NCBI GenBank assembly: GCA_965214935.1 | Contig: CBDCCS010000022.1 | Span: 352,001-416,000, forward strand | Source: Candidatus Velthaea sp. | Lineage (GTDB): Bacteria; Vulcanimicrobiota; Vulcanimicrobiia; Vulcanimicrobiales; Vulcanimicrobiaceae | DNA: 64,000 nucleotides | Direction of reading: 5' to 3' | In this document: positions 21,546 through 30,327 of the stretch, piece after piece | How the letters are laid out: each line of letters starts with the position of its first letter | Numbering within the stretch: the stretch's first letter is position 1 | Position numbers and translations under genes: made by a program | Notes under the pieces: model-generated | Told to the model about the DNA's origin: nothing | Seen by the model: only the letters and a program-made list of their open reading frames with translations | The model's database searches: none

Positions 21546-21947
21546 ATGATTTTCTGGAAGCTTTCCCGGAGCGCCTTTGCAGTGACGGCGATGTGCTCCG
21601 TTCTTGCAGCTTGCGGTCCGAACCCGAATCCGAATGGTGAGACGCAGATCGGCTCGATCGTCGGCCGTATTTTAGACGCGGCCAATAGTCAACCGGTGCC
21701 GAGCGCGACGGTCGTCGTCGGCACGATCGTGCGCAATGTCGTGGCCGCGGATGGCGGACAATTTACACTCGCCGGCGTTCCGATCGGCAATCAAACGCTC
21801 GTTATCCGCGCTATCGGCTACGCAACGGAGACCGAAACGATACTCGTAACCACCGGCAACACGTCCAAAGCCGGTGACGCCGGGCTGGTTCGTTTGCAAT
21901 CGACGTTACAATCGGGTGGTGCGTCGCCGCGTCCGCGACCGACTTAA
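21546..21947 (+). CDS. lipoprotein with carboxypeptidase-regulatory-like (beta-sandwich) domain
   Basis: Signal peptide with lipobox LAAC. Pattern GSIVGRILDA...PVPSATVVV...ADGGQFTLAGVPIG...RAIGY. Confidence 0.75.
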   Translation: MIFWKLSRSAFAVTAMCSVLAACGPNPNPNGETQIGSIVGRILDAANSQPVPSATVVVGTIVRNVVAADGGQFTLAGVPIGNQTLVIRAIGYATETETILVTTGNTSKAGDAGLVRLQSTLQSGGASPRPRPT

Positions 21948-22525
21948 CGGTCGGAGAGAATCGGAACGCCGGCTGCTTTGAGGTCGATTGCATAGCCGGC
22001 CACGACGAGTTCAACGCGATCGGCGCATACCGCAACACGTTGCATCAAACGGCCGAGATGATCGCGGAAAATGCGACCCTGCGCCGACGGCGGCACGAGC
22101 CCCCAACCGGTTTCCTCGCCGACCAGCACGACATGCGCGCGAGTCGCGGCGAGCGCTTCAACGAACGGCTCGATGTGCGTGTCGAGCAGGCTGAGTGCCG
22201 CGACCGCATCGCGTTCGACGAGCGCTTCACTATCGAGCAGATGCGCCGCCGCCCACGTTCCGAGCGAATCGACGAGCAACGTCGTTCCCGTCGGTGCCGC
22301 AGTGACGATGTGCGGCAATGTTGCAGCGCCGGAATGCCATAATTCGATCGCCGGGAGTGCTCCGCGCTGCACGCGATGGCGCGCAATGCGATCGGCCATC
22401 TCCTCATCCGCCGGATCGATACGCGCGGTGGCAACGTACGTTACCGGTGCACCTAGCCGGCGCGCAACGTGCAGAGCACGCGCGCTCTTCCCGGACCGCA
22501 CGGGACCGGTAATGAGAGCGATCAT
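21944..22525 (-). CDS. cobU: bifunctional adenosylcobinamide kinase / cobinamide-phosphate guanylyltransferase
   Basis: GPVRSGKS P-loop, YVATA, EMADRIARHR, LLVDSL, GRIFRDHLG, VVAG. Confidence 0.92.
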   Translation of the reverse strand: MIALITGPVRSGKSARALHVARRLGAPVTYVATARIDPADEEMADRIARHRVQRGALPAIELWHSGAATLPHIVTAAPTGTTLLVDSLGTWAAAHLLDSEALVERDAVAALSLLDTHIEPFVEALAATRAHVVLVGEETGWGLVPPSAQGRIFRDHLGRLMQRVAVCADRVELVVAGYAIDLKAAGVPILSDR

Positions 22526-22581
22526 CGATCTGCCCTACGGGCGAGCAAACCCGCCGACCTCTACGGGGTTCTTGGGCGCAG

Positions 22582-23682
22582 ATGCAAGAGTTCGCGTTCT
22601 TCGCTGCCGGGGTGGTGATCATCATCATGACCTTCAGCGATGTTTTTCAATCCGTTATCGTACCGCGTCCGGCCACCCGCCGGTTGCGCGCGAGCGCGTT
22701 TATCGCCCGCTGGGGCTGGCAAACGTGGCGCTGGTTCGCGCACACGGCGATCAAAAACGACTTGCGCGAAGACTTTCTCGGAACGTACGCACCGTTATTG
22801 CTGCTGGTCTTGCTTGCATTCTGGGTGGCCAGCTTGATCTTTGGCTTCGGTTGCATTTTTTTCGGCTTACACGCGCAACTCAAGCCGGAGCCGACGTTCT
22901 CTAGCGCACTCTACTTCGCCGGAACGTCGTTTCTAACGATCGGTTACGGCGACATCGTGCCGGCCGCTCCGCTCGCGCGCGCGACTGCGATTTTTGCCGG
23001 CGCTTCAGGTTTCGGCATCTTTGCCATTCTCACGACGTTCCTTTTTGCAATCTTCGGTGCGTATCAATCGCGCGAAGCTTTCGTCGTCGCATTTTGCAAT
23101 CGGGCAGGGGCTCCGCCGTCGGGCGTCGAGCTGATCGAAACGCATGCCCGGCTGCACAGCATCGATAGCCTCATCGCGACACTGCGCGAGTCGCAAGCAT
23201 GGCTTGCCGCCGTGCTCGAGACGCACCTCGCATACCCGGTACTCAATTACTTCCGCTCGACGCACGACGACATCTCGTGGGTCGGCGCGCTGGGCGCGAT
23301 CTTGGATGCCTCGACAATTCTATTAACGACCGTCGACGTCCCGAGTAAAGCCGAAGCCGTGTTCGTCAATCGACTGGCGCGCCACTTCGTCAATGATTTC
23401 GGGCACCAGTTCAACCTCGCCGAAGGCACCGACGTCGGGGTCGAGCAGACGGAATTCGACGTCGCGTACGATCGGCTTCACGATGCGGGTATTCCGCTGG
23501 TCAATCGAGCCAAAGCCTGGCGTCATTTCAGCGAAGTCCGATCGACCTACGCCGGGCGGCTTAACGCTATGGCGCAATTCTGGCGTATTCCGCCCGCCCA
23601 ATGGGTCGGCGACCGCTCTCTCATCAGCCACCACCCGCCGTTGAAACTTACGCCGGATATTCCGCGGCTTGTCGATGTTTAG
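22582..23682 (+). CDS. potassium channel family protein (Ion_trans_2 pore plus cytoplasmic domain)
   Basis: TIGYGD selectivity filter flanked by TM helices; ETHLAYPVLNYFRS C-terminal motif. Confidence 0.85.
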   Translation: MQEFAFFAAGVVIIIMTFSDVFQSVIVPRPATRRLRASAFIARWGWQTWRWFAHTAIKNDLREDFLGTYAPLLLLVLLAFWVASLIFGFGCIFFGLHAQLKPEPTFSSALYFAGTSFLTIGYGDIVPAAPLARATAIFAGASGFGIFAILTTFLFAIFGAYQSREAFVVAFCNRAGAPPSGVELIETHARLHSIDSLIATLRESQAWLAAVLETHLAYPVLNYFRSTHDDISWVGALGAILDASTILLTTVDVPSKAEAVFVNRLARHFVNDFGHQFNLAEGTDVGVEQTEFDVAYDRLHDAGIPLVNRAKAWRHFSEVRSTYAGRLNAMAQFWRIPPAQWVGDRSLISHHPPLKLTPDIPRLVDV

Positions 23683-23715
23683 CCGCCTGTCGCATCCTCA
23701 TTAACATCCTCACCG

Positions 23716-23760
23716 ATTGCACGCTTACGGATTGCACGCTGACGAATTGCACGCTTACGA
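23716..23760. repeat. 3 x 15-bp tandem repeat
   Basis: ATTGCACGCTTACGG / ATTGCACGCTGACGA / ATTGCACGCTTACGA. Confidence 0.85.
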
Positions 23761-24456
23761 ACGTGCGTGTTTGGCCATGAATTTTTTAACCGTGTCGATC
23801 GGCGTTGCAAAACCGATCGCGCGCTCTTCATCGAAGCGCGATTCGGCGATACCGATAATGGCGCCGGTTGTTGCGTCGAAGACCGGACCGCCGCTTTCGC
23901 CCGGGATGATCGGTACGTCGAGTTCGAGCGAGGTGCTGCGAACGCTCGCGATCCGGCCCGCGTAGATCGATACCTTCGTGCCGAGGTGTTCGTCCTCGAA
24001 AGCATCGGGGATCGGGTAGCCCATGACGCCGATTTGCCGCCCCGCTTGCGCTCCGCTCGACGTTCCGAGCACGACCGCCGGCACGCGTGCGATCGGCGTA
24101 TCGAGCAGGGCAATATCGTCGCGATCGTCACTAACCGCGACGATGAAAGCCGGTGCTTTTCGCCGGTCGCCGATCCGGGCCGAGATACCGCGGGCATCGG
24201 CGACGACGTGCGCGTCGGTCAATATTCGCGAACCCCAGCTACCGCTTTGCACGACGATACCGCTGCCGTACGCGGTGTCGTACTTGCCTTTGCGTTTTGG
24301 ATCGTCGGCCGGAACGAGCATTGTAAAGAGCGCCATGGACGGCTGCAGCTTGCGATACATTTCGACGTAGACGTCTACCCGATCGGCGGCCGGCGTAGCT
24401 GCGCGCGTGCAGGCAACGAGCGGCAGCATTATGCACGCCAAGAGAACAACGCGCAC
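23755..24456 (-). CDS. trypsin-like (S1C) serine protease lipoprotein, no PDZ domain
   Basis: Lipobox LVAC; catalytic triad TDAHVV, DDIAL, GESGGP. Confidence 0.88.
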   Translation of the reverse strand: MRVVLLACIMLPLVACTRAATPAADRVDVYVEMYRKLQPSMALFTMLVPADDPKRKGKYDTAYGSGIVVQSGSWGSRILTDAHVVADARGISARIGDRRKAPAFIVAVSDDRDDIALLDTPIARVPAVVLGTSSGAQAGRQIGVMGYPIPDAFEDEHLGTKVSIYAGRIASVRSTSLELDVPIIPGESGGPVFDATTGAIIGIAESRFDEERAIGFATPIDTVKKFMAKHARS

Positions 24457-24467
24457 GAACGCGCCGA

Positions 24468-25565
24468 TTAGGTGTTCAGGCGCTCCGCGATCGCCGCGCG
24501 CAACGCGTCGATGCCGTCCCCGCTCGTTGCACTGACTTCGACCGCGCCGGCCGGAAGCGCCGCGCGCGCCGCCGCATCGAGCCGGTCGATTTTATTGAAC
24601 GCAAGTATCGCCGGCTTCTCGTCCAAACTCAACTCGGCCAGAATCGTCTCGACACTCGCACGTTGACGCGGCCAGTCGCGATTCGATGCATCGATCACGT
24701 GGACGAGCAGATCGGCTACGTCGAGTTCTTCGAGGGTGGCACGAAATGCGTTGATGAGTTCCTTGGGCAGCGCCGTGATGAAGCCGACGGTATCCGCTAG
24801 GCGAATGTTGCGGCCGTCACCTATGTAGACCCGGCGTAATGTCGGGTCGAGCGTTGCAAACGGCTGATCGGCAACGAACGCGGCGTTGGTGCGCAGCGCA
24901 TCGATGCCGGCAAGCCGATTGAGCAGCGACGACTTGCCGACGTTGGTGTAACCAACGAGTGCCACGAACGGATCGCGACCGCCGCCCGACCGGCGCGTTT
25001 GACGCTGTTTGCGCACTTCCTCGAGCTGATCGCCCAGCATGCTCACCCGCTGCTGGATCTTGCGCCGGTCGACTTCGAGTTTCGTTTCACCGGGGCCGCG
25101 TGAACCGACACCGCCGCCGAGTCGCGATAACGCTGCTCCGGCGCCGATGAGATTCGATTGGCGGTAGCGCAACTGCGCGAGTTCGACTTGCAGCTGACCT
25201 TCACGCGATCGCGCATGCTGCGCGAAGATGTCCAAAATGAGCATCGTCCGATCGACGAACGGCAGCGGGACGATCTTCTCCAAATTCGTGCGCTGCCGCG
25301 GGCGCAGGTCGTTGAAAATGAAGATGGCGTCGGCTTGCAACTCTTTGGCACGCTCGGCAATCTCGCGCGCCTTGCCGCTGCCGACGAGCGTCGCCGGGTC
25401 GACTTGCGGCAGCCGCTGCACGATTTCGCCCACGACGACGACTCCGGCAGCGCGAACGAGTGCGGCGAACTCAGCCAGTTCGGGTTCCAGCGGCGCAGAC
25501 CGGTCTTGCAGGTCGACGGCCACGAGCAGTGCCCGTTGCGGCGCCTCGGCGACGGTACGAATCAA
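24468..25565 (-). CDS. hflX: GTPase HflX
   Basis: LILDIFAQHA, RGPGETKLEVDRR, GYTNVGKS, FATLD, DTVGFI, NKID. TTG start inferred. Confidence 0.95.
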   Translation of the reverse strand: MIRTVAEAPQRALLVAVDLQDRSAPLEPELAEFAALVRAAGVVVVGEIVQRLPQVDPATLVGSGKAREIAERAKELQADAIFIFNDLRPRQRTNLEKIVPLPFVDRTMLILDIFAQHARSREGQLQVELAQLRYRQSNLIGAGAALSRLGGGVGSRGPGETKLEVDRRKIQQRVSMLGDQLEEVRKQRQTRRSGGGRDPFVALVGYTNVGKSSLLNRLAGIDALRTNAAFVADQPFATLDPTLRRVYIGDGRNIRLADTVGFITALPKELINAFRATLEELDVADLLVHVIDASNRDWPRQRASVETILAELSLDEKPAILAFNKIDRLDAAARAALPAGAVEVSATSGDGIDALRAAIAERLNT

Positions 25566-25651
25566 GAAGCACGTTTTAGGGGCGCAAGCATTTTGCGCCT
25601 TTCCGCCGGAACGGCAAGCGGAGCAGCCCGATCCGGCGTACCTACCGGGTT

Positions 25652-26653
25652 GTGAAAGCGCAACGCGACCGGAGCCGTTTCGTTGCCATGGGCGCCGCGC
25701 TGCTCGCATGCGCGGCTGTCGTCGTATTCGGAACGGCGGTTGGGGCCGTACCCTTCGCCTTCACGACCGTGCTTCGTCAGATCGTGCATCCGGATTTAAG
25801 CACGCAAGCCGGACGTATACTTTGGGACATCCGGATTCCGCGTGTCGCGATCGGCGCGCTGGTCGGCTCGGCTTTAGGCACCGCCGGAACGCTGCTGCAG
25901 ACCATGCTGCGCAATCCGCTCGTCGATCCGTACCTTACCGGCAGCAGTGCCGGCGCGGCCTGCGCGATCGCGATCGGCATCGCCGCCGGTGCCGCAACGG
26001 CGAGTCTGCCGCTTCTCGCCTTTGCTGCCTCACTGCTTACCGCACTGCTCGTCGCAGCGTTGGCGCGCACGGGCAGCGGCTTGTCCAACGAGCGGCTCAT
26101 TCTCGCCGGGATATCGCTATCCGCACTGTTCGCCGGCATCGTCACGCTCGTCGTTTTGCTCTCGCCGCGCGCGAGCACGTCGCTAAGCATTCTCGCTTGG
26201 CTCGGCGGAAGCTTAGCCGGCCGCGGCTGGCGCGACTTGCAAGCCGCCGGTGTCTACGCAGCCGGCGGCGCATTGCTCGCGCTTGTCCTCGCGCCGACGC
26301 TCAACGGCTTGCGGTTCGGCGAATCGCGCGCGCGTGCACTGGGAATCGACGTCGACCGCGCCGGCTGGGCGATTCTCGCGGCTGCGTCGTTGTTGACTGC
26401 TGCGGCGGTCAGCGTATCGGGCATCGTCGGTTTTGTCGGGCTGATCGTACCGCATCTCGCGCGGCGTCTGGTGGGCGACGACGCGCGGTTCACGCTCGTC
26501 ATCAGCCTCATCGTCGGCGCGATACTCGTTGTAATGGCGGACGCATTCGCGCGTACGATCGCGCCGCCGCTCGATCTGCCCGTCGGCGTGCTGCTGTCGA
26601 TGTTCGGCGTACCGATTTTCATTTTTCTTGCGTTTCGCCGCCGGGCAGCATGA
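25652..26653 (+). CDS. btuC: FecCD/BtuC-type ABC permease (cobalamin by context)
   Basis: IRIPRV, RNPLVDPY, GESRARALG, GFVGLIVPH, LPVGV. Confidence 0.85.
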   Translation: MKAQRDRSRFVAMGAALLACAAVVVFGTAVGAVPFAFTTVLRQIVHPDLSTQAGRILWDIRIPRVAIGALVGSALGTAGTLLQTMLRNPLVDPYLTGSSAGAACAIAIGIAAGAATASLPLLAFAASLLTALLVAALARTGSGLSNERLILAGISLSALFAGIVTLVVLLSPRASTSLSILAWLGGSLAGRGWRDLQAAGVYAAGGALLALVLAPTLNGLRFGESRARALGIDVDRAGWAILAAASLLTAAAVSVSGIVGFVGLIVPHLARRLVGDDARFTLVISLIVGAILVVMADAFARTIAPPLDLPVGVLLSMFGVPIFIFLAFRRRAA

Positions 26654-27429
26654 TCGAAGTCGCCGGTGTTGCGTTGGCTTACGGGGGCTGTCGCATTCTG
26701 CACGACGTCGACTTGCGAATTGCGGACAACGAACTCGTCGTCTTGGCCGGTCCGAACGGCGTCGGTAAGTCGACGCTCTTACGAGCAATTGCCGGTTTAC
26801 AACCCCTCGTCGCCGGTTCCATCGCCGTCCACGGACAGGCTGTCGAGTCGCTGACGGGTCAGAAGCGCGGCCGAACGCTGGCACTTATCGAAGCCGACGG
26901 ACCGTTGCCCGAGCGCATGACCGTCGACGATATCGTTGCCGGCGGACGGCTTCCCTATCGCCCGTGGTGGCGCTGGTCGTCGACATCCCGCGACCGCCGC
27001 GCGATCGACGAAGCAATCGAATGCACCGAGATAGCCGGCTTGGCGCAGCGTCCGTTCGCGCAACTTTCCAGCGGGGAACGCCAGCGAGTCTGGCTGGCTC
27101 TCGCGGTCGCGCAAGAAACGCCGGTGCTGCTGCTCGACGAGCCGACGAGCCATCTCGACATCCGGCACACCTTCGAGATGCTGGCGCTCGTGCGACGCTT
27201 AGTGACCGGCGGAAAGACGGCCGTGGTTGTGTTGCACGACCTCAACCTGGCGGCAGCCTTCGCAGATCGTATCGCCTTGCTGGGCGAACGGACGTTGCTC
27301 GCCTTCGACTCGCCGCAACGCGTTTTCAACGAGGAACTGCTAAGTCGCGTCTACGGCATCCCAATCGGCGTCCGGCACGAGCGCGATGGTGTCTTTGCAT
27401 TCGCGTCGCCGCCGGCACGGCCGCGATAG
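26650..27429 (+). CDS. btuD: ABC transporter ATP-binding subunit (BtuD/FepC-like)
   Basis: GPNGVGKST, LSSGERQR, LLLDEPTSHLD, LHDLNLA. ATGA overlap with the permease. Confidence 0.85.
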   Translation: MIEVAGVALAYGGCRILHDVDLRIADNELVVLAGPNGVGKSTLLRAIAGLQPLVAGSIAVHGQAVESLTGQKRGRTLALIEADGPLPERMTVDDIVAGGRLPYRPWWRWSSTSRDRRAIDEAIECTEIAGLAQRPFAQLSSGERQRVWLALAVAQETPVLLLDEPTSHLDIRHTFEMLALVRRLVTGGKTAVVVLHDLNLAAAFADRIALLGERTLLAFDSPQRVFNEELLSRVYGIPIGVRHERDGVFAFASPPARPR

Positions 27430-28193
27430 CGCGCCGTTCCACGCACGAGCGCATCGACGACGTCGGCCACGCGCGGACCGGGCTGCAAGAGGTCGTCTTC
27501 ATCGATCGCGACCACGCGGTGCCGGCGTACAGCGCGTAAACGCGACCACGGCGGGCCGTCCGGGATCAGCGTTCCGTGCGGCACGACGATCACGTCGGGA
27601 TCGGCGGCTTCGACGCTTTCATCCGAGATCTCCGGGAACGCGGCGTGCACCGTGCCGGCAACGTTCGTAATGTTTGCAAAGCACAGCAGATCGTCGATGT
27701 AGGAACCATGCGCTGCAGTGTACGTCGGATTGACTCCGATGAGGACGAACGCGCGCAGCGGCCGCGCCGTCTGCGTTCGCCGCTCGGCGCGGGCCAAACG
27801 TGCGCGAATCGCCGTTAACGCGCGGGCGGCCTCGCGCGCGTGCCCGGTGAGACGTCCGAGCGTTGTGATCGCCGCGAAATCATCTTGCAGCGTATCGACC
27901 GCGAGCGCCTCGGTTCGAACGCCGGTACGCCCAAGATCGCGCAGATTCGGCAGTTGGTACGGAATCCCGACGATGAGATCCGGATCGAGCGCCGCGATCG
28001 CTTCGCTATTGATGGTACGCATCGACCCGACACGCGGTAAACGCAGCACGGCCGGCGGCCGGCGCGCATCTGCATCGACGCCGACGACCGCTCCGCCGGC
28101 CCCGATTGCAAACAGATCGTCGGTCAGCGCGGGCGCGAGCGAAACGACGCGAAGCGCGATCGCCGTCGCGAGCAAGAATGCGCCGGCGGCCAT
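27351..28193 (-). CDS. btuF: periplasmic helical-backbone binding protein (BtuF-like)
   Basis: RVVSLAPALT, EAIAALDPDL, SYIDDLL, DPDVIV, QPGPRV; coupled to btuB. Confidence 0.82.
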   Translation of the reverse strand: MAAGAFLLATAIALRVVSLAPALTDDLFAIGAGGAVVGVDADARRPPAVLRLPRVGSMRTINSEAIAALDPDLIVGIPYQLPNLRDLGRTGVRTEALAVDTLQDDFAAITTLGRLTGHAREAARALTAIRARLARAERRTQTARPLRAFVLIGVNPTYTAAHGSYIDDLLCFANITNVAGTVHAAFPEISDESVEAADPDVIVVPHGTLIPDGPPWSRLRAVRRHRVVAIDEDDLLQPGPRVADVVDALVRGTARYRGRAGGDANAKTPSRSCRTPIGMP

Positions 28194-30097
28194 CAGCGCG
28201 TCGACAGCTCGACTTCAACCGTCCGGCCGGGTGCGGGATAGCCGAGCAGCGGAGCGTAGCGCTCGTTCCCGATGTTGCGCGCACGAACCGAAAGAACGCC
28301 GTCGCGTGCAATCCGGCCGCGCAAATAGACGTCCACCGTCACTTGGCCATCTGCATTGAAACCGCCGCTCTCAGCGTGCGGCCCGTAAATGTTTGCTTGT
28401 GCACCGACGACAGAACCGCCGGTGCGAACAGCGCGTTCGAGCCCGACTTTGGTGACGAAAACCGGCGTGAAAAAGAGGCGCGCCGCCGGACTGCCGGGCG
28501 ACAAATTTTCGGCGCGATATGTATCGGTGACGGAAACGTTCGAGACGACGCCGTGAAAGGGCCGCGTGCGCAACGTTGCAATGAAGCCGCGCAACGATGA
28601 TTGCGCGACGTTTTGTCCGATCGAGCGGCTGTCGATTTGGATGAGGTTCGCGGCGTCGCGGGTGAAGTAGCCCAACGTCGCACCGCCCAAAATCGCGCCG
28701 GTCTGCAGCGTGATGTCGGTATCTTTGGAGCGTTCGGGCTTGAGCGCCGGATTGGCATAGCCCGGATAGTACCGGTCGACGATCGTCGGCACGCGAAACG
28801 CCGTTCCGCCGTTGATGGCCAGCCGCACCGCGCCGAGCGGTACGGCAAGGCCGAGACTCGGCGTCGCGGCGCTACCGAACGGTGCATCGGTTTCACCGCG
28901 GACGCCGGCGTTAATCTGGACGCCGTCATGCAGCGTCAATTGTTCTTGTGCGTACAACGCGGCTTCGGATTGGGTTTGGCCGGTCGTTGCATAACCGCTT
29001 GGGGCACCGGTTGCATCGTACGTCGCTACGTTCGCAAGAACGGCCGATTCGCGTGCCAGATCGACGCCTACCATCAACGTCGAAAGCCCGGCTTGAACCA
29101 CATTGCGTAACGACAACTGGCTACGCCCGTCAATCGACGGATTCTCCGTCACCGTGGAAGGATCGGCGTAATCGAGATTTTGATGTAAGCCGAAGAAGCT
29201 CAGCGTCGTCGCGCTGTTGAGGCCGGCGTGCGTGATGTCGAGATGCGCGTCGGCACGCGAAATGTTTTCGCGTGCGAAGAGATCCGTTCCATAGACAAGC
29301 GAACCCGGCACGCCGAGGTGGATTTGCTCGTTTCCGATGCGCAGCCGGGCGCTGATCGTCGGGCCGAGGTTCACATCGTAGGCGATCCGGGCGGCGGTTT
29401 GCTCGGCGTCGGCATTAGCGCGCGAGCCGGCCGGATACAGCGGTCGACCCGGTACGTCGCCGGCCGCCGGATAGCTGTAATTGTTTTGGGCGATATGCCG
29501 CTCGAACGAAGCGCCGAGCCGGCCGTTACCGGTACCGAGCCGCACATTACGATCTTGTAGCGTGCCGGCCGCGGCTTCGAGATACGATCCACGCGGAACA
29601 TCGGTTATGATGTTTATTACGCCGCCGACGGCGTTTGCGCCATACAATGTCGAGCCGCTGCCTTCGACGATCTCGATGCGCCGGACGCCGGCGGTCGAAA
29701 GCGTGCCGAGATCGAGCTGTTCGTTCGAGCCGGGTGTTACCGGTACACCGTCGAGCAAGATAAGTACGCTTGTCGATGACGATCCGCGGATGAATACGTT
29801 CGCTTGCGCACCGAACGCACCGTAGTGATAGAGTTCGACCCCCGGCACGTCGGCGAGCGCATCGGCGACCGTGCGTTGTCCGCGCGTTTCGATTTGCGCG
29901 CGGTCGACAATGTACGTTGCTCGCGTCGTACGGCCGATCGGCTCGTCATGCCGGTCGCTCGTCGACACACGGCCGATCTCCGGAGCAGGCGTCGGGCTTG
30001 CGGCCGGTAGCGGGTCCGCCCAAATCGGCGCAGATGAAAACAACGTCAAACTAAGCGCGCCGATTGCGGCGCGCACGACTTTACGATACGAAAACAC
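28193..30097 (-). CDS. btuB: TonB-dependent cobalamin receptor
   Basis: Signal peptide. Plug motifs (VPGV, IRG, LLDGVP, RIEIVEGSGSTLYG..AVGGVINIIT), NPALKPE and RNIGNERY..GYPAPGR. Lies downstream of a cobalamin riboswitch. GTG 30097 follows AAGGTAGG. Confidence 0.9.
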   Translation of the reverse strand: MFSYRKVVRAAIGALSLTLFSSAPIWADPLPAASPTPAPEIGRVSTSDRHDEPIGRTTRATYIVDRAQIETRGQRTVADALADVPGVELYHYGAFGAQANVFIRGSSSTSVLILLDGVPVTPGSNEQLDLGTLSTAGVRRIEIVEGSGSTLYGANAVGGVINIITDVPRGSYLEAAAGTLQDRNVRLGTGNGRLGASFERHIAQNNYSYPAAGDVPGRPLYPAGSRANADAEQTAARIAYDVNLGPTISARLRIGNEQIHLGVPGSLVYGTDLFARENISRADAHLDITHAGLNSATTLSFFGLHQNLDYADPSTVTENPSIDGRSQLSLRNVVQAGLSTLMVGVDLARESAVLANVATYDATGAPSGYATTGQTQSEAALYAQEQLTLHDGVQINAGVRGETDAPFGSAATPSLGLAVPLGAVRLAINGGTAFRVPTIVDRYYPGYANPALKPERSKDTDITLQTGAILGGATLGYFTRDAANLIQIDSRSIGQNVAQSSLRGFIATLRTRPFHGVVSNVSVTDTYRAENLSPGSPAARLFFTPVFVTKVGLERAVRTGGSVVGAQANIYGPHAESGGFNADGQVTVDVYLRGRIARDGVLSVRARNIGNERYAPLLGYPAPGRTVEVELSTR

Positions 30098-30131
30098 GAT
30101 CCTACCTTTACGCGAGGTTGGTGCAGCGAAG

Positions 30132-30272
30132 CGTTCGAGCAAGATATCCTGACTTCGCGGATCGTTACCGAATGCTGCGACCTTCCCACCTTGCGGCAGT
30201 GATCGACAGCGGCTCCCCGCTTACAGTGGCGCGACCGTCCCGGATTTCCACCGGGTTCCCATCGCTCGAACG
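30132..30272 (-). ncRNA. cobalamin riboswitch
   Basis: Minus strand reads GGGAACCCGGTGGAAATCCGGGACGGTCGCGCCACTGTAA...CACTG...GGGAAGG...AAGTCAGGATATCTTGC. P1 is CGTTCGAGC/GCTCGAACG. Lies upstream of btuB. Confidence 0.93.
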
Positions 30273-30327
30273 ATACGGGCGGGTTACGCGGGAGGCTCCG
30301 GCTGACCTTGCGCAAATCGGCGGCAGC

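Noticed and set aside
23716..23760. Possible mini-CRISPR array
   Set aside because: Units are 15 bp and directly adjacent, with no spacers and no cas genes.
25228..26649. 733-aa ORF suggesting a long N-terminal fusion to the ABC ATPase
   Set aside because: The upstream part overlaps hflX and btuC in other frames. The real start is ATG 26650, coupled to the btuC stop.
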